In this document: positions 18,439 to 28,124 of the stretch, piece after piece | How positions within the stretch are numbered: position 1 is the stretch's first letter | Layout of the letters: every line of letters begins with the position of its first letter | NCBI GenBank assembly: GCA_038231275.1 | Contig: JBBRLQ010000003.1 | Span: forward strand, 300,340 to 364,339 | DNA from: Polyangiales bacterium | GTDB taxonomy: Bacteria; Myxococcota_A; Polyangia; Polyangiales; Polyangiaceae | Direction: 5' to 3' | Length of the DNA: 64,000 nt | Notes under the pieces: model-generated | Databases searched by the model: none | The model's input: the letters and a program-made list of their open reading frames with translations, nothing else | What the model was told of the DNA's origin: nothing | Program-made: the position numbers and the translations under genes

Positions 18439-19092
18439 GTGACGCGCAAGGCCCCCAAGACTGCCGAGAGACCGGCCGAGGTCGTCCACGAATTCGGCCC
18501 ATTTTCCGGCATTTCGAACATCGGCGGCGTGACCTTCGACGGCAAGGACGTCTGGTTCGCGAGCGGCGAAAAAATTCAATCGCTGGACCCCGCCACCGGC
18601 GCGACCGGCCGCTCGCTCCCGGTCCGCGCCGACGCAGGCACCGCCTTCGATGGGCATCACCTGTTCCAGATCGCGGGCGGCGCCATCCAAAAAGTGGATC
18701 CGAAGTCTGGGCGGGTGGTCGCGACGATCCCGGCGCCGGAGGGCTCTCTCGCCGGCCTCACCTGGGCAGAAGGAACGCTCTGGGTCGCGATGCACCGCGA
18801 GCGCAAGATCCACCAGATCGACGCGACGACCGGCGCCGTCCTTCGTACCGTGACCTCCGATCGCTTCGTCACCGGCGTCAGCTTCGTCGACGGAGATCTT
18901 TGGCACGGCACCTGGGAAAACGAAGCGAGCGATCTTCGACGCATCGATCCGTCGTCGGGCGAAGTGCTCGAGCGCCTGACGATGCCCGCCGGACGAATGG
19001 TCTCCGGCCTCGAGTCAGACGGCGACGAGCGCTTCTTCTGCGGTGGCGGAACGAGCGGCAAGCTCCGCGTCGTGCGCCGCCCGAAACGATAG
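18439..19092 (+). CDS. hypothetical beta-propeller-like protein
   Basis: 217 aa with good composition. Repeated G..W / DG motifs. Confidence 0.55.
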   Translation: MTRKAPKTAERPAEVVHEFGPFSGISNIGGVTFDGKDVWFASGEKIQSLDPATGATGRSLPVRADAGTAFDGHHLFQIAGGAIQKVDPKSGRVVATIPAPEGSLAGLTWAEGTLWVAMHRERKIHQIDATTGAVLRTVTSDRFVTGVSFVDGDLWHGTWENEASDLRRIDPSSGEVLERLTMPAGRMVSGLESDGDERFFCGGGTSGKLRVVRRPKR

Positions 19093-19098
19093 TCTCGC

Positions 19099-20034
19099 TC
19101 ACGCGCGCAGGACGAGCGCCTTCGGCACGCACGTGATGGTCGCCGGCAATCCCCCGAGCGGCTCGCCGTCCACGTCGAGGAGGAAGCGATCGGCCACGTC
19201 CGCGTTCTCGAGCCGCAGGACGATTTTGCTGCACCGGAGGTGCGTGGTCGTCTCGTCCTTCAGATGCTCGCCCTTGTAGATCTTGCCTGAGCGGAGCGCG
19301 AAGCCGAGCTTACTCGGCGCGTCCATCGACACGACCTCGAAGATGCCGTCGTCCGGCTTCGCCATCGGTGCGACGTGCATGCCCGAGCCGAAGTACTGCC
19401 CGTTGCAGATCGCGATCATGATCGCCGAGAGCGTCACGTCGCGCGTCTCGCCTTCGTGCGTTACGGTGCACCGCAATCGCCCGCGCGCCGAGTTGACGAG
19501 CGCCTTCAGCGACGCGCCGAAATAGGCTGCTTTTCCCCCGGCGGCGCGCGACGCGGTGGCGACGTACTTGTCGACGAGGCCGCCCATGCCGACGCTCGTA
19601 ATGTTCACGAAGTAGCGCTCGCGCGTCTCGGTCTTCTCGCCTTCGGCGGCGTACGACAAGAGGCCGACGTCGAGGGTGCGCTCCTTCTTGCTCGCGAGGG
19701 CCTCCAGGTATTTGTCGAGGCGGTGCTCGAGGCCCAGCGTCTTGCGAAAGTCGCCGCCGGTGCCTTGGCCGATCATCCCGATGCGCGCGTCCTTCTTCGC
19801 GAGCATGAGGCCGCCTGCCACCTCGTTGAACGTGCCGTCGCCGCCCACCGCGACCACGAGCTCCGCGCCGGCCTCTGCGGCCTCTCTCGCGAGATCGATC
19901 GCGTGACCGCTTCGCTCGGTGTGGAGGATCTCCGCGGCGCCGAGCGCGCGCTCCACCGCCGGCCGCATCTCCTCCCAGACCTTGCCCGTCTTCCCGCCGC
20001 CGGAGCGAGGGTTGACGATCAAGACCGGCTTCAC
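19099..20034 (-). CDS. diacylglycerol/lipid kinase catalytic-domain protein (DagK/YegS family)
   Basis: VKPVLIVNPRSGGGKTGKVWEE...LVVAVGGDGTFNEVAGGL is the DAGK_cat signature. GTG start overlaps the epimerase stop (GTGA). Confidence 0.8.
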   Translation of the reverse strand: MKPVLIVNPRSGGGKTGKVWEEMRPAVERALGAAEILHTERSGHAIDLAREAAEAGAELVVAVGGDGTFNEVAGGLMLAKKDARIGMIGQGTGGDFRKTLGLEHRLDKYLEALASKKERTLDVGLLSYAAEGEKTETRERYFVNITSVGMGGLVDKYVATASRAAGGKAAYFGASLKALVNSARGRLRCTVTHEGETRDVTLSAIMIAICNGQYFGSGMHVAPMAKPDDGIFEVVSMDAPSKLGFALRSGKIYKGEHLKDETTTHLRCSKIVLRLENADVADRFLLDVDGEPLGGLPATITCVPKALVLRA

Positions 20035-21050
20035 GAGACGCTCGCCTCGCTCATCTGCTGCGGCCAGACGACCCCCCGGGCGCGCAAATCCTTCACCGTG
20101 TCGGCGAGGGTCGCGATCGGATCACGCGGCGACCAACCGAGCTCGGTCTCGGCGCGCGACGCGTCGAGGTACCAATAGTACTGGGCCATGTCCAAGCTCG
20201 TCGCGTCGACCGGCATCGGGACGCCCATCCTGTCGGCGGCGAGCGAGAGGTACTTCGCGCCCCACCGCGTCAAGGTTGGGACACGAGGCATGCGCGCCAT
20301 CGGCCCGCGGACGCCGCTCACGCGCCCGAGCCGCGCGAAGAATTCCGCGAGCGTGAGGTTGCAGGCGCCGACGAGGTAGCGTTGCCCCGCCTGCCCGCGC
20401 TCCATGGCGAGGCACATCGCCTCCGCGGCGTCGCGCACGTCGACGTACGACAATCCGCCCGGCGGAATCGCGGGGAGACGCCGCTCGAGGTACAAGCGAA
20501 CGTCCTCTGTCGACGAGCCGCGCTGATCTCCGGGTCCGAGGAGCAACGTCGGATTGACGCTGATCACCTCGAAATCAAGCCCATTTCGCTCGAGCGCAGC
20601 GGTCTCGGCGAAGAGCTTCGAGCGGTAGTAGGGCCATCGCTGGAGGAGGCCGAGCGGGACCTCGTCGTCTTCGCACGCGATGTGATCCGGATCGTCGCTC
20701 ACGGCGACGGTGCCGCTCGACGACGCGATCACGCACCGCTTCACGCCCGATGCCTTGGCGGCGTCGAGCGTCGTCTTCGTCCCCTCGACGTGGAGGCGGT
20801 ACAGCTCCTCGGCGTCCTTGGGGCGACGCGACACGAGGCCTGCGCAATGGAAGAGACCGATGCACCCGTCGGCCGCGGCGCGCACGCTCGCGCCGTCGAG
20901 CACGTCGCCACGCGCGACCGTGACGCCGAGGTCTTCGAGCTCCGGCTCGTCGCTTCTGCACAGTGCAACGATCTCGTGGCCACGTGCCTTCAGCGCGTGG
21001 ACGAGGTGCGTGCCGAGAAATCCCGTGGCGCCGGTGACGAGGTACCGCAT
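20031..21050 (-). CDS. NAD-dependent epimerase/dehydratase (extended SDR, 3-beta-HSD-like)
   Basis: MRYLVTGATGFLGTHLVHAL, and YYRSK (Y-x3-K). Confidence 0.8.
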   Translation of the reverse strand: MRYLVTGATGFLGTHLVHALKARGHEIVALCRSDEPELEDLGVTVARGDVLDGASVRAAADGCIGLFHCAGLVSRRPKDAEELYRLHVEGTKTTLDAAKASGVKRCVIASSSGTVAVSDDPDHIACEDDEVPLGLLQRWPYYRSKLFAETAALERNGLDFEVISVNPTLLLGPGDQRGSSTEDVRLYLERRLPAIPPGGLSYVDVRDAAEAMCLAMERGQAGQRYLVGACNLTLAEFFARLGRVSGVRGPMARMPRVPTLTRWGAKYLSLAADRMGVPMPVDATSLDMAQYYWYLDASRAETELGWSPRDPIATLADTVKDLRARGVVWPQQMSEASVS

Positions 21051-21076
21051 TTTCGCTCCGCTCCGCTTTGCTTCAC

Positions 21077-24000
21077 TCACAGGTTGAACACCTTCTGGAA
21101 TGTCTGGAGCAGCTCTACGTCGTTCGATTTGATCGCGCCGCTCAGGAACTCCGCGGCCCCCGGCGTGTAGGACTCGCGGACGATCTTCGTGAAGATCTCC
21201 GCGCTCGTCTTGAGCACGCAGTCGGCGGTGCCGCCGTCGGGCTTGCCGGCCTTGATTTCGCACGTCTCGGCGGACACCTTCACAGTCCACTTCGCCTGCG
21301 CGTCCTGACCGAGGGTGAAGTAGTACGACACCGGGCGATCGACGGCCTTCGGCATGAACTTGGTGCCGAGCTCGTTGAAGAGCGTGACGAGCGGGTGAAT
21401 TACTACCTCCTCCGGCACGTCCCCGCGCGGCGTCATGCGCGCGAGATCGAAGATGCGCCCTTCGCGCAGCGCGACGACGGCGAGACGCGCGAGCTTCGCG
21501 GCTTCCCGCGCGGCGTCGGCAGGCGTCATGCCCTCGGTCATTCGGCGCATGTCTTGAACGCACAGGGGCGGTCCGATGCGCGCCGTGATGTCGCGCTTGC
21601 GCGGCAAGAGCACCGAGCCCTTGGGCAATGCGTCGCGCGTGCCCGAGAGGTACACGGGCAGGATGTCGACCCCGTAGTGCATTGCGAGGTGGCCGACGAG
21701 CGGCTTGAACTCCTGCACCTCGCCGTCGGAGCTGCGGGTCCCCTCCGGGAAGATGAGCATCGTGCGGCCCTCTTCGAGAACCTGCGCGGCCTGGCGCTCG
21801 GCCTGACGGAGCGTGCCCTTGCGATCGAGCGCGCGCAGGTTCGTGAAATTCTCGAAGAACGCCTTTCGCAGCCCGTTGCCCTCGAAGAAGTAGTCCTGCG
21901 CCGCGAGCGACACGATGTCCTCGCCGTAGGTGCCGAGGGCGTGGCGCACGAAGCCCATGTCGAGGTGCGACGCGTGGTTCGAGACGACGATCGTGTTGCG
22001 GTTGTGCGGGATGAACGCGCGGCCGTAGACCTTCGAGGTCATCACGCCGCCGTAGAACGCGTCCTGCGCCTTGCCGATGAGGCGCTTTCCGAGGTCTTTC
22101 ACCTCGGGCGGCAGCTCGGAGACGAGCTCGAAGCCGCGCTTCTTCTCGTCCTTGTCGCGCCCTTCGATCGTCTTGGTGCGGCTGGGGACGATCGATTTTC
22201 GGCCCTGCACGAGCGCCTCGACCTCGTGCACCGTGAGGCACGCCTGGAGGCCGGACGGCTCCACCGCGCCGTATTTTGCCTCGAGCGCGACGAGCAGCTC
22301 CGTCATCGTGAGCGAGTCGAAGGCGAGATCGCCGAGGAGCGTCATCCCGCTCGAGATGTCCGCCACGTCCTTGCCGCGCACCGCCGCGATCGCGCGCTTC
22401 ACGCCGCTCACGTGCGCGTCGTCGTCTTGGGGGCGCGCCGAGCCTGCGATCGTGCGAAGGAGGATCTGGCGGACCTCCTTGCGCTTCACCTTGCGCGTCG
22501 TCGTGCGCGGGAGCACCGCATCGACGAAATGGACGACTGCCGGCTGCTGCCCGTACGGGAGCTTTCCGAACGCGTCGCGCAGCGATTTACTCGCGCGATC
22601 GAGGCGCGCGGCGCGATCGATCGTGTCGTCCTTCGTCGGCACCGCGAGGCACGCGATGCGCTCGCCGCCGCTCGGCGCGTCGACGCCGACCAGCGCGAGC
22701 TCGTCGATGTGCGGGACCTTGCCGACCCTCGCCTCGAGGTCGTCGGGGTAGATGTTCTCGCCGCTCGCGGTGACGATGACGTCCTTCGAGCGCCCCACGA
22801 TGATGAGCCGGCCTTGGCGATCGAGCTTGCCGAGATCTCCGGTCTTGAGCCAGCCGTCGGCGGTCATGACCTCGGCGGTCGCGGCGTCGTCGGTGTAGCC
22901 GGCCATCACGTTGGGGCCCTGCGCGAGCACCTCGCCGACGCCGCTCTCGTCCGGCTCGTGGATCTTGATCTTCACGCCGGGGACCGGCTTGCCGACCTGT
23001 CCGGCCGGCGATTTCGGCGAAGGTTTGGTGACAGTCAGCACCGGCGCCGCCTCGGTGAGGCCGTAGCCCTCGGTGAGGTGGAGGCCGAGCCCTGCGAAAA
23101 GCTTCTGCGTGTCCTTCGGAAGCGCCGCACCACCGCTGATCAGGTACTTGATGTTGCCGCCGAGGCCCTCGTGAACGGCGCCGAAGAGGATCTTGCCGGC
23201 GTCGAGGCCGAGGTTCTTGCCGATGAGGCGATTGAGCTCGGCGGCCCAATGGAAGATCGTCTCGACCGCCGGCCCCTTCTCTTTCACCTGCGCGACGATG
23301 CGCCGCTCGAGGAGCTGCCACAGCGCAGGCACGCCGACCATCGCGGTGATTCGCCCGGCCTTCAGCCCTGCGGTCACGCGCTCGCCGTTCAGCTCGTCGA
23401 CGTACACGATGCGCGCGCCGCGCGAGAACGGGAGGAGGAGGCCGCACGTGAACTCGAACGTGTGGTGCAGCGGCAGGACGCTGAGGACGCGATCCCCGCC
23501 ATTTAGCGGAAAAATAGGGGCGAGCGACGCGATCAGTGAGACGAAGTTGCCGTGCGTGAGCCGAACGCCCTTTGGCGTTCCAGTGGTGCCGCTCGTGTAG
23601 ATGAGGCTCGCGACGTCGCCCGGGAGGACGTCGACGTCGGGCGCCGCGAGCGTCGCATCCTCTTCCGTAAACGCGTGCAGATTCTCCTCATCGAGGACGA
23701 CCTTCGCGCCGCTCTCGCGCAGAACGTTCGCGCGTGCCGCGTCGTCCATCGCCGAGTCGATCGGCACGGCGACGGCGCCGGCGCGCATGATTCCGAAGTA
23801 CGCGATGGCCCAGTCAGGATGGTTCGGCGCGCAGATGGCGACGCGATCACCCTTGGTGACGCCGGCGCTCGCGAGGCGAGAGGCAACCGCGTTGCTGCGA
23901 TGGAGGACGTCGCGGTACGTGACGCGCGAGAGGCCGTCCTTTTCCATCCGCTGCAGCGCGAGCCCGAGATCGTGCCGCTCGGCCATCTCGGCGACGAGCG

Positions 24001-25717
24001 TGACCAACGTCTCGTGCGCCTTGTGCGCCTGCATCTCCTTCGCGATCTTCTTCTCGAGGACCGGCAGGACGCGCTTCTCCATCCCGGGGAGGTTCACCTC
24101 GTGCATCCAGTGCGCCCAGTCGATCGTCTCGGGCTGCCACGGGAGCTTCGCTTTGTCCTCGTCCGAGAGGCGCGCGTACGCGGCGCGCACGTTGGCGCTC
24201 GAGAACGGGCCTTTGCTCATCGACATGAACGGCGCGAACAGGCGCAAAATGTCGGCGATCTTGTCTTCCTGGTACGCGATGCCTTCGAGGGCCTTGGCCA
24301 TCGGCCGGAGCGCCGGCGCCGTCTTCATCACGCTCGCCAGCGCGCGGCTCGCCTTCGAGATCGCGGGGCTGCTCGTCTGCTCGAACGTCTCGCGCGAAAC
24401 GAACACCGGCTCGATGTGGCCCTGCACGAAGTTCCAGAGCGGGTTGCCCTTGCCCTTCCTCTGGAAGTGCTTTCGCTTGTAGAGGCCGATGAGCTCGCCG
24501 AGGCGGACCGCGGTGGCGGGGTTCGTGTCGCTGACGCCGAACTGGTAGACCGGCTTCTGCGAGCCCTCGAGCAGCTCGGCGAGCGCGATGAGCATTCCCG
24601 CGCAGACCATGTCGGTCGGGATGAAATCCAGGACGGTGTGCGCCGCCGGGATGACCATCTGCCCCTTCATGATGAGGAACGTGATCGGCGCGCTCGTGCC
24701 GATGCCCTCGTTCCAGCCCGGGAACGGGAACGCGATGCACGTCTCGCAGCACGCGGGCCGCACGATCGTGAACGGAAGACCGCTCCGCGTGACGACCTGC
24801 TCGCCGATGCTCTTCGTGTACGTGTAGATGTTCGGCCAGCCCCAGTGCGTCGCGCGGTCCTTGCCGCTCTCGACGAGCTGCGCCTCGACCCACTTGCGCG
24901 TCACGCGATCGAGCTCGGCCTCGAACGGCGCGCCATGCTGGGGCTCGCCGCGCTTCTCGAGGCTCGCCTTGGCGGTCTCGGTGAACTCGGAGACGCGAAA
25001 CGCGTCCTCCGCGCGGTGCTTGGCCTGCGCGATGAGCTCGAGGCACTCGGCGATCTCGCGGTTCGGGTCCCACGCGTCCACCGGCAGCTCGTCGAAGCGC
25101 GGGAAGGGGCGCTCGAACGGATCGACCTCCGGCACGAAGCCGTCGCGATCGCCGCACACGTAGCACGTGCTCGTGTGCATGAGCGGCGCGCCGCCGAGCT
25201 CCTTGCAGAGTGCAACCAAATTTTGCGCGCCGAAGGCGTTTGCCTCGATCGACTCGTCGAGCGGCGGGTTGAAGTCGACGACGCCCGCGACGTTCACGAC
25301 CGCGTCGATGGTGCCGCGCAGCTCGGCGATGACTTCAGCTTTGATCCCGCAGTTGGGGAGACCCATGTCGCCGTCGATGGGGACGATCTTCTCGCGGAGG
25401 AACGCCTCGAAGCCGTCGCCGTAGCGATCGCGCAGCGGCTGGAGCGCCTCGCTCGTGGCGACCTGCGCCCAGAACCGCTCGTCGCTCGACTGCACGGCGT
25501 TCGAGCGCACGAGCATGTAGAGCTTCCCGAGCGTCGGGTAGCGGTCGAGGAGCATGCACCAGAAGACCTTGCCGAGGAACCCGGTGCCGCCGAGGATCAC
25601 GAGGCGCGCGCCGCCGTACATCGCGCTCGGATCGAGCTCGGGCGTGGTCGTGCCGCTCCCGTACGCGCCGTTCGCGCCGTTGGCGACGCCGTTGACGCCG
25701 TTTTCGTGACCGCTCAT
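21077..25717 (-). CDS. multifunctional lipid-biosynthesis enzyme (ElbD-like): fatty acyl-CoA reductase, acyl-AMP ligase, ACP, 1-acylglycerol-3-phosphate acyltransferase and SCP2 domains
   Basis: N-terminal LVILGGTGFLGK...YTYTKSIGE (FAR NAD-binding). LIYTSGTTGTPKGV, GYGLTEAAPV and GWLKTGDLG (AMP-binding). LGDLAFDSLTMTELL (phosphopantetheine Ser). VSNHASHLDMGF plus IFPEGTRS (PlsC HX4D / EGTR). C-terminal SCP2-like ...CVLKTSAEIFTKIV...FLSGAIKSNDVELLQTFQKVF. Confidence 0.85.
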   Translation of the reverse strand: MSGHENGVNGVANGANGAYGSGTTTPELDPSAMYGGARLVILGGTGFLGKVFWCMLLDRYPTLGKLYMLVRSNAVQSSDERFWAQVATSEALQPLRDRYGDGFEAFLREKIVPIDGDMGLPNCGIKAEVIAELRGTIDAVVNVAGVVDFNPPLDESIEANAFGAQNLVALCKELGGAPLMHTSTCYVCGDRDGFVPEVDPFERPFPRFDELPVDAWDPNREIAECLELIAQAKHRAEDAFRVSEFTETAKASLEKRGEPQHGAPFEAELDRVTRKWVEAQLVESGKDRATHWGWPNIYTYTKSIGEQVVTRSGLPFTIVRPACCETCIAFPFPGWNEGIGTSAPITFLIMKGQMVIPAAHTVLDFIPTDMVCAGMLIALAELLEGSQKPVYQFGVSDTNPATAVRLGELIGLYKRKHFQRKGKGNPLWNFVQGHIEPVFVSRETFEQTSSPAISKASRALASVMKTAPALRPMAKALEGIAYQEDKIADILRLFAPFMSMSKGPFSSANVRAAYARLSDEDKAKLPWQPETIDWAHWMHEVNLPGMEKRVLPVLEKKIAKEMQAHKAHETLVTLVAEMAERHDLGLALQRMEKDGLSRVTYRDVLHRSNAVASRLASAGVTKGDRVAICAPNHPDWAIAYFGIMRAGAVAVPIDSAMDDAARANVLRESGAKVVLDEENLHAFTEEDATLAAPDVDVLPGDVASLIYTSGTTGTPKGVRLTHGNFVSLIASLAPIFPLNGGDRVLSVLPLHHTFEFTCGLLLPFSRGARIVYVDELNGERVTAGLKAGRITAMVGVPALWQLLERRIVAQVKEKGPAVETIFHWAAELNRLIGKNLGLDAGKILFGAVHEGLGGNIKYLISGGAALPKDTQKLFAGLGLHLTEGYGLTEAAPVLTVTKPSPKSPAGQVGKPVPGVKIKIHEPDESGVGEVLAQGPNVMAGYTDDAATAEVMTADGWLKTGDLGKLDRQGRLIIVGRSKDVIVTASGENIYPDDLEARVGKVPHIDELALVGVDAPSGGERIACLAVPTKDDTIDRAARLDRASKSLRDAFGKLPYGQQPAVVHFVDAVLPRTTTRKVKRKEVRQILLRTIAGSARPQDDDAHVSGVKRAIAAVRGKDVADISSGMTLLGDLAFDSLTMTELLVALEAKYGAVEPSGLQACLTVHEVEALVQGRKSIVPSRTKTIEGRDKDEKKRGFELVSELPPEVKDLGKRLIGKAQDAFYGGVMTSKVYGRAFIPHNRNTIVVSNHASHLDMGFVRHALGTYGEDIVSLAAQDYFFEGNGLRKAFFENFTNLRALDRKGTLRQAERQAAQVLEEGRTMLIFPEGTRSSDGEVQEFKPLVGHLAMHYGVDILPVYLSGTRDALPKGSVLLPRKRDITARIGPPLCVQDMRRMTEGMTPADAAREAAKLARLAVVALREGRIFDLARMTPRGDVPEEVVIHPLVTLFNELGTKFMPKAVDRPVSYYFTLGQDAQAKWTVKVSAETCEIKAGKPDGGTADCVLKTSAEIFTKIVRESYTPGAAEFLSGAIKSNDVELLQTFQKVFNL

Positions 25718-25724
25718 CGTCCCC

Positions 25725-27305
25725 TCACACCGTCACGTCCGCCATGACGATGGGCGGCATGTGCATCATCGTGATCTCGGGGCTCGGGCCGTGGTGGCTC
25801 TGCGCCATCTCGAGCGCCTCCGGCATCGAGCGCGCGGTCTGGTAGCCGAGGAGCTTGGGGATGTACTCGTTGTCGGCGCCGACGACGATGACGCGCCCGA
25901 GGTGCTGCCGACCGGCCTCGCCCCAGTACCACATGAAGAACGGGTGAGCCGGGTGGTACGCGTGGCCCGAGCGGTACTTCTGGATGAGCGCGGGGTTCGA
26001 CGCGAACTTCTTCTCGAAGCGCTTGTGCAGCTCGAGCCCGTCACGCGTCTCCGGGAGGAGGTTGTGGACGAACTCGATGTACGGAGCGTGGTGCTCCTTG
26101 TCGAACTGATCGGTGCACGGGTGCGTGACGATCATCGTGCCGCCCTTTTTGACGAGCGGCGCGTTCCTGTACATGTTGAAGAGGTACCCCTCGGCCATCA
26201 CGCTCACGAGGAGCGGATTGAGGAACGAGTTCACGTTGTACGGGCTGATGAACGGGATGCCGGTGACGAGCACGTCGGCCTGGCCGCGAATGGGCACCGA
26301 GTACTGCTCGTAGCACTTGGCGAGCGTGTGCGGATGGACCGCCTCCGTCTCGCCCGCGAAGACGCCGGTGATGCCGTACGGGCTCGGGACCTTCTGGAAG
26401 ATCGCCTGACGCGCGGGCTGCGGGAGCTTGTCGAGCGTGAAGCGAAGCGCGCGGAGGGCGGTGCGCTCGCTGCCCGAGAGATCGTCCTCGTTCTTGTGCA
26501 AGAACTCGAGCGGCCGATCGAACATGCGGTTGTTCACCGTGGTCTCGATCGTGAACACGTTGAGCGTCTTGTTGGCGAGCCGCCCCATCCGCTCGACGCT
26601 GGTCGCGAGCGCGGAGCTCGACGGGTCCATGTACGAGTGGCAGTTGCGCATCGTCTGCGGCGTGTGGTGCGCCTGGAGCGAGCGGTACCCGCACAGGCCG
26701 ACCGCGACGGACTTGTGACCGCCGTCCATCGGCACGAGGTTGAGGTTCACGTAGATGAGGAGATCCGACTCGACCGCCTTGCGATTGAGCTCGACGACCT
26801 CGCCCATTTCGGTCGTGCCGAGCTCCTTCATCCCCTTCGCGTCTTCCGCGTCGTGGTTGTAGAGGCGGTGCGGGTAGTACTTGGAGTGGATGCGATCGCC
26901 GACGATGTGGCGGATCTCTTCCGACGTCATGCGACGGTGCACGCTCGTCGCGATGATCATCTCGACGTCCTCGACGCCGTGATCGGCCAGCATTTCGAGG
27001 ACGATCGTGAGCACGCGCTCGCGCACGTCGGGGCGGCGCATCGGCGGGAGCGGGAGCGAGATGTCGTCGATGGCGATGACGACCTTCATCCCGGGGCGGA
27101 GCTTCGCGTGGAGCGGGTCCGAGCCGTGAGGGTGGTTTAGCGCGTAGCGAATCGCCGCATCGGGATCCTTCAGCGCGGCGAGCGGCGCGCGCGGGTAGAT
27201 GACGCGCGTGCCGGCCGGCATGTCGACCTCCACCAGCCTGTCGCCGGCGAAGATGGTGCGCGGCGCGCTCTTGCGGTCGAGGGTGACGACGAGGGGGTGG
27301 GTCAT
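25725..27305 (-). CDS. LarA-like (lactate racemase / DUF2088 family) protein
   Basis: MTHPLVVTLDRKS... 526 aa with LarA-type layout. 7-nt gap to the ElbD-like start. Its ATG overlaps the HAD stop (ATGA). Confidence 0.6.
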   Translation of the reverse strand: MTHPLVVTLDRKSAPRTIFAGDRLVEVDMPAGTRVIYPRAPLAALKDPDAAIRYALNHPHGSDPLHAKLRPGMKVVIAIDDISLPLPPMRRPDVRERVLTIVLEMLADHGVEDVEMIIATSVHRRMTSEEIRHIVGDRIHSKYYPHRLYNHDAEDAKGMKELGTTEMGEVVELNRKAVESDLLIYVNLNLVPMDGGHKSVAVGLCGYRSLQAHHTPQTMRNCHSYMDPSSSALATSVERMGRLANKTLNVFTIETTVNNRMFDRPLEFLHKNEDDLSGSERTALRALRFTLDKLPQPARQAIFQKVPSPYGITGVFAGETEAVHPHTLAKCYEQYSVPIRGQADVLVTGIPFISPYNVNSFLNPLLVSVMAEGYLFNMYRNAPLVKKGGTMIVTHPCTDQFDKEHHAPYIEFVHNLLPETRDGLELHKRFEKKFASNPALIQKYRSGHAYHPAHPFFMWYWGEAGRQHLGRVIVVGADNEYIPKLLGYQTARSMPEALEMAQSHHGPSPEITMMHMPPIVMADVTV

Positions 27306-28015
27306 GACAACAGCTCCCGAACGGTTCCAGTGAGGCCCCTCTTCGGGCGCGATTCCTTCTCGAGGCGGACGATCGGCCATCCGTACGCGTTCGCGAGGCG
27401 CTCGAGCTTCGCGTCGGGGTTCACGGCGGCGGGGTGGCCGACGACCGAGAGCATCGGCACGTCGGAGTAGCTGTCGGAGTACGCGAAGCAGTCGTCGAGA
27501 TCGTGGCCCTTCAACTTGGCGTGATCGCGGATGAGGCGCGCCTTCTCGGGACCGGCGACGACGGGACGCAGCAGCCGCCCGGTCGCGTAGTGGTCCTTGA
27601 TCTCGAGGCGGTTCGCGATGACCGTATGCGCGCCGAGGAATGCGGCGAGGCGGCCCATCAAGAAATCGAGCGCGCCCGACACGAGGACCACCTCGTGGCC
27701 TTGGTCCACGCACGTCTGCACGAGATCGCGCGCGTGGGGGAAGAGCGCGCGCTTGATGACGGCGTCGAACGTCTCGTCGGCGAGGCAGTGGAGCCGATCC
27801 TCGCTCATCCCTTCGTACGCGCTGAACAGCATCTCGTTGAAGAGGCGTCGATCGCGCATCTCGGCGAGCACCAGCTGCGGCGCCCTCACGGCTGTGCGCG
27901 CGAGCTTGCCGAGGCTGCGAAGCGGATTCTGTTGATTCAGAAGATAGAAAATCGTCGGATGGAGCAAGTTCGTCGTGAGGAGGGTGCCGTCCACGTCGAA
28001 GTAACTTGCTGCCAT
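27302..28015 (-). CDS. HAD-superfamily hydrolase (subfamily IB / PSPase-like)
   Basis: MAASYFDVDGTLL (DxDGT motif I), then CFAYSDSYSDVPML and GHPAAVNPD (motifs III/IV). Confidence 0.8.
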   Translation of the reverse strand: MAASYFDVDGTLLTTNLLHPTIFYLLNQQNPLRSLGKLARTAVRAPQLVLAEMRDRRLFNEMLFSAYEGMSEDRLHCLADETFDAVIKRALFPHARDLVQTCVDQGHEVVLVSGALDFLMGRLAAFLGAHTVIANRLEIKDHYATGRLLRPVVAGPEKARLIRDHAKLKGHDLDDCFAYSDSYSDVPMLSVVGHPAAVNPDAKLERLANAYGWPIVRLEKESRPKRGLTGTVRELLS

Positions 28016-28039
28016 GATGGGGCGTGGGGTTTCGCGCGC

Positions 28040-28110
28040 CGACAGGCCTTTGTCAATGCGTCGGGTGTTACGCGGGAAAATGAGGGGTCCCCGGGTCGTC
28101 CCCGGTCCGT
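28040..28110 (-). terminator. candidate intrinsic terminator after lipoprotein gene 28125..29273
   Basis: On the minus-strand transcript, GC-rich imperfect hairpin (ccggggacgacccgggg) followed by TCATTTTCC. A T-run is rare in this 70% GC sequence. Confidence 0.25.
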
Positions 28111-28124
28111 CTCTGACCCCGACC

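Noticed and set aside
21068-25747. Long plus-strand ORFs 21068..23506 and 23552..25747
   Set aside because: Antisense to the ElbD-like megasynthase. R/E/A/L/D-rich without motifs.
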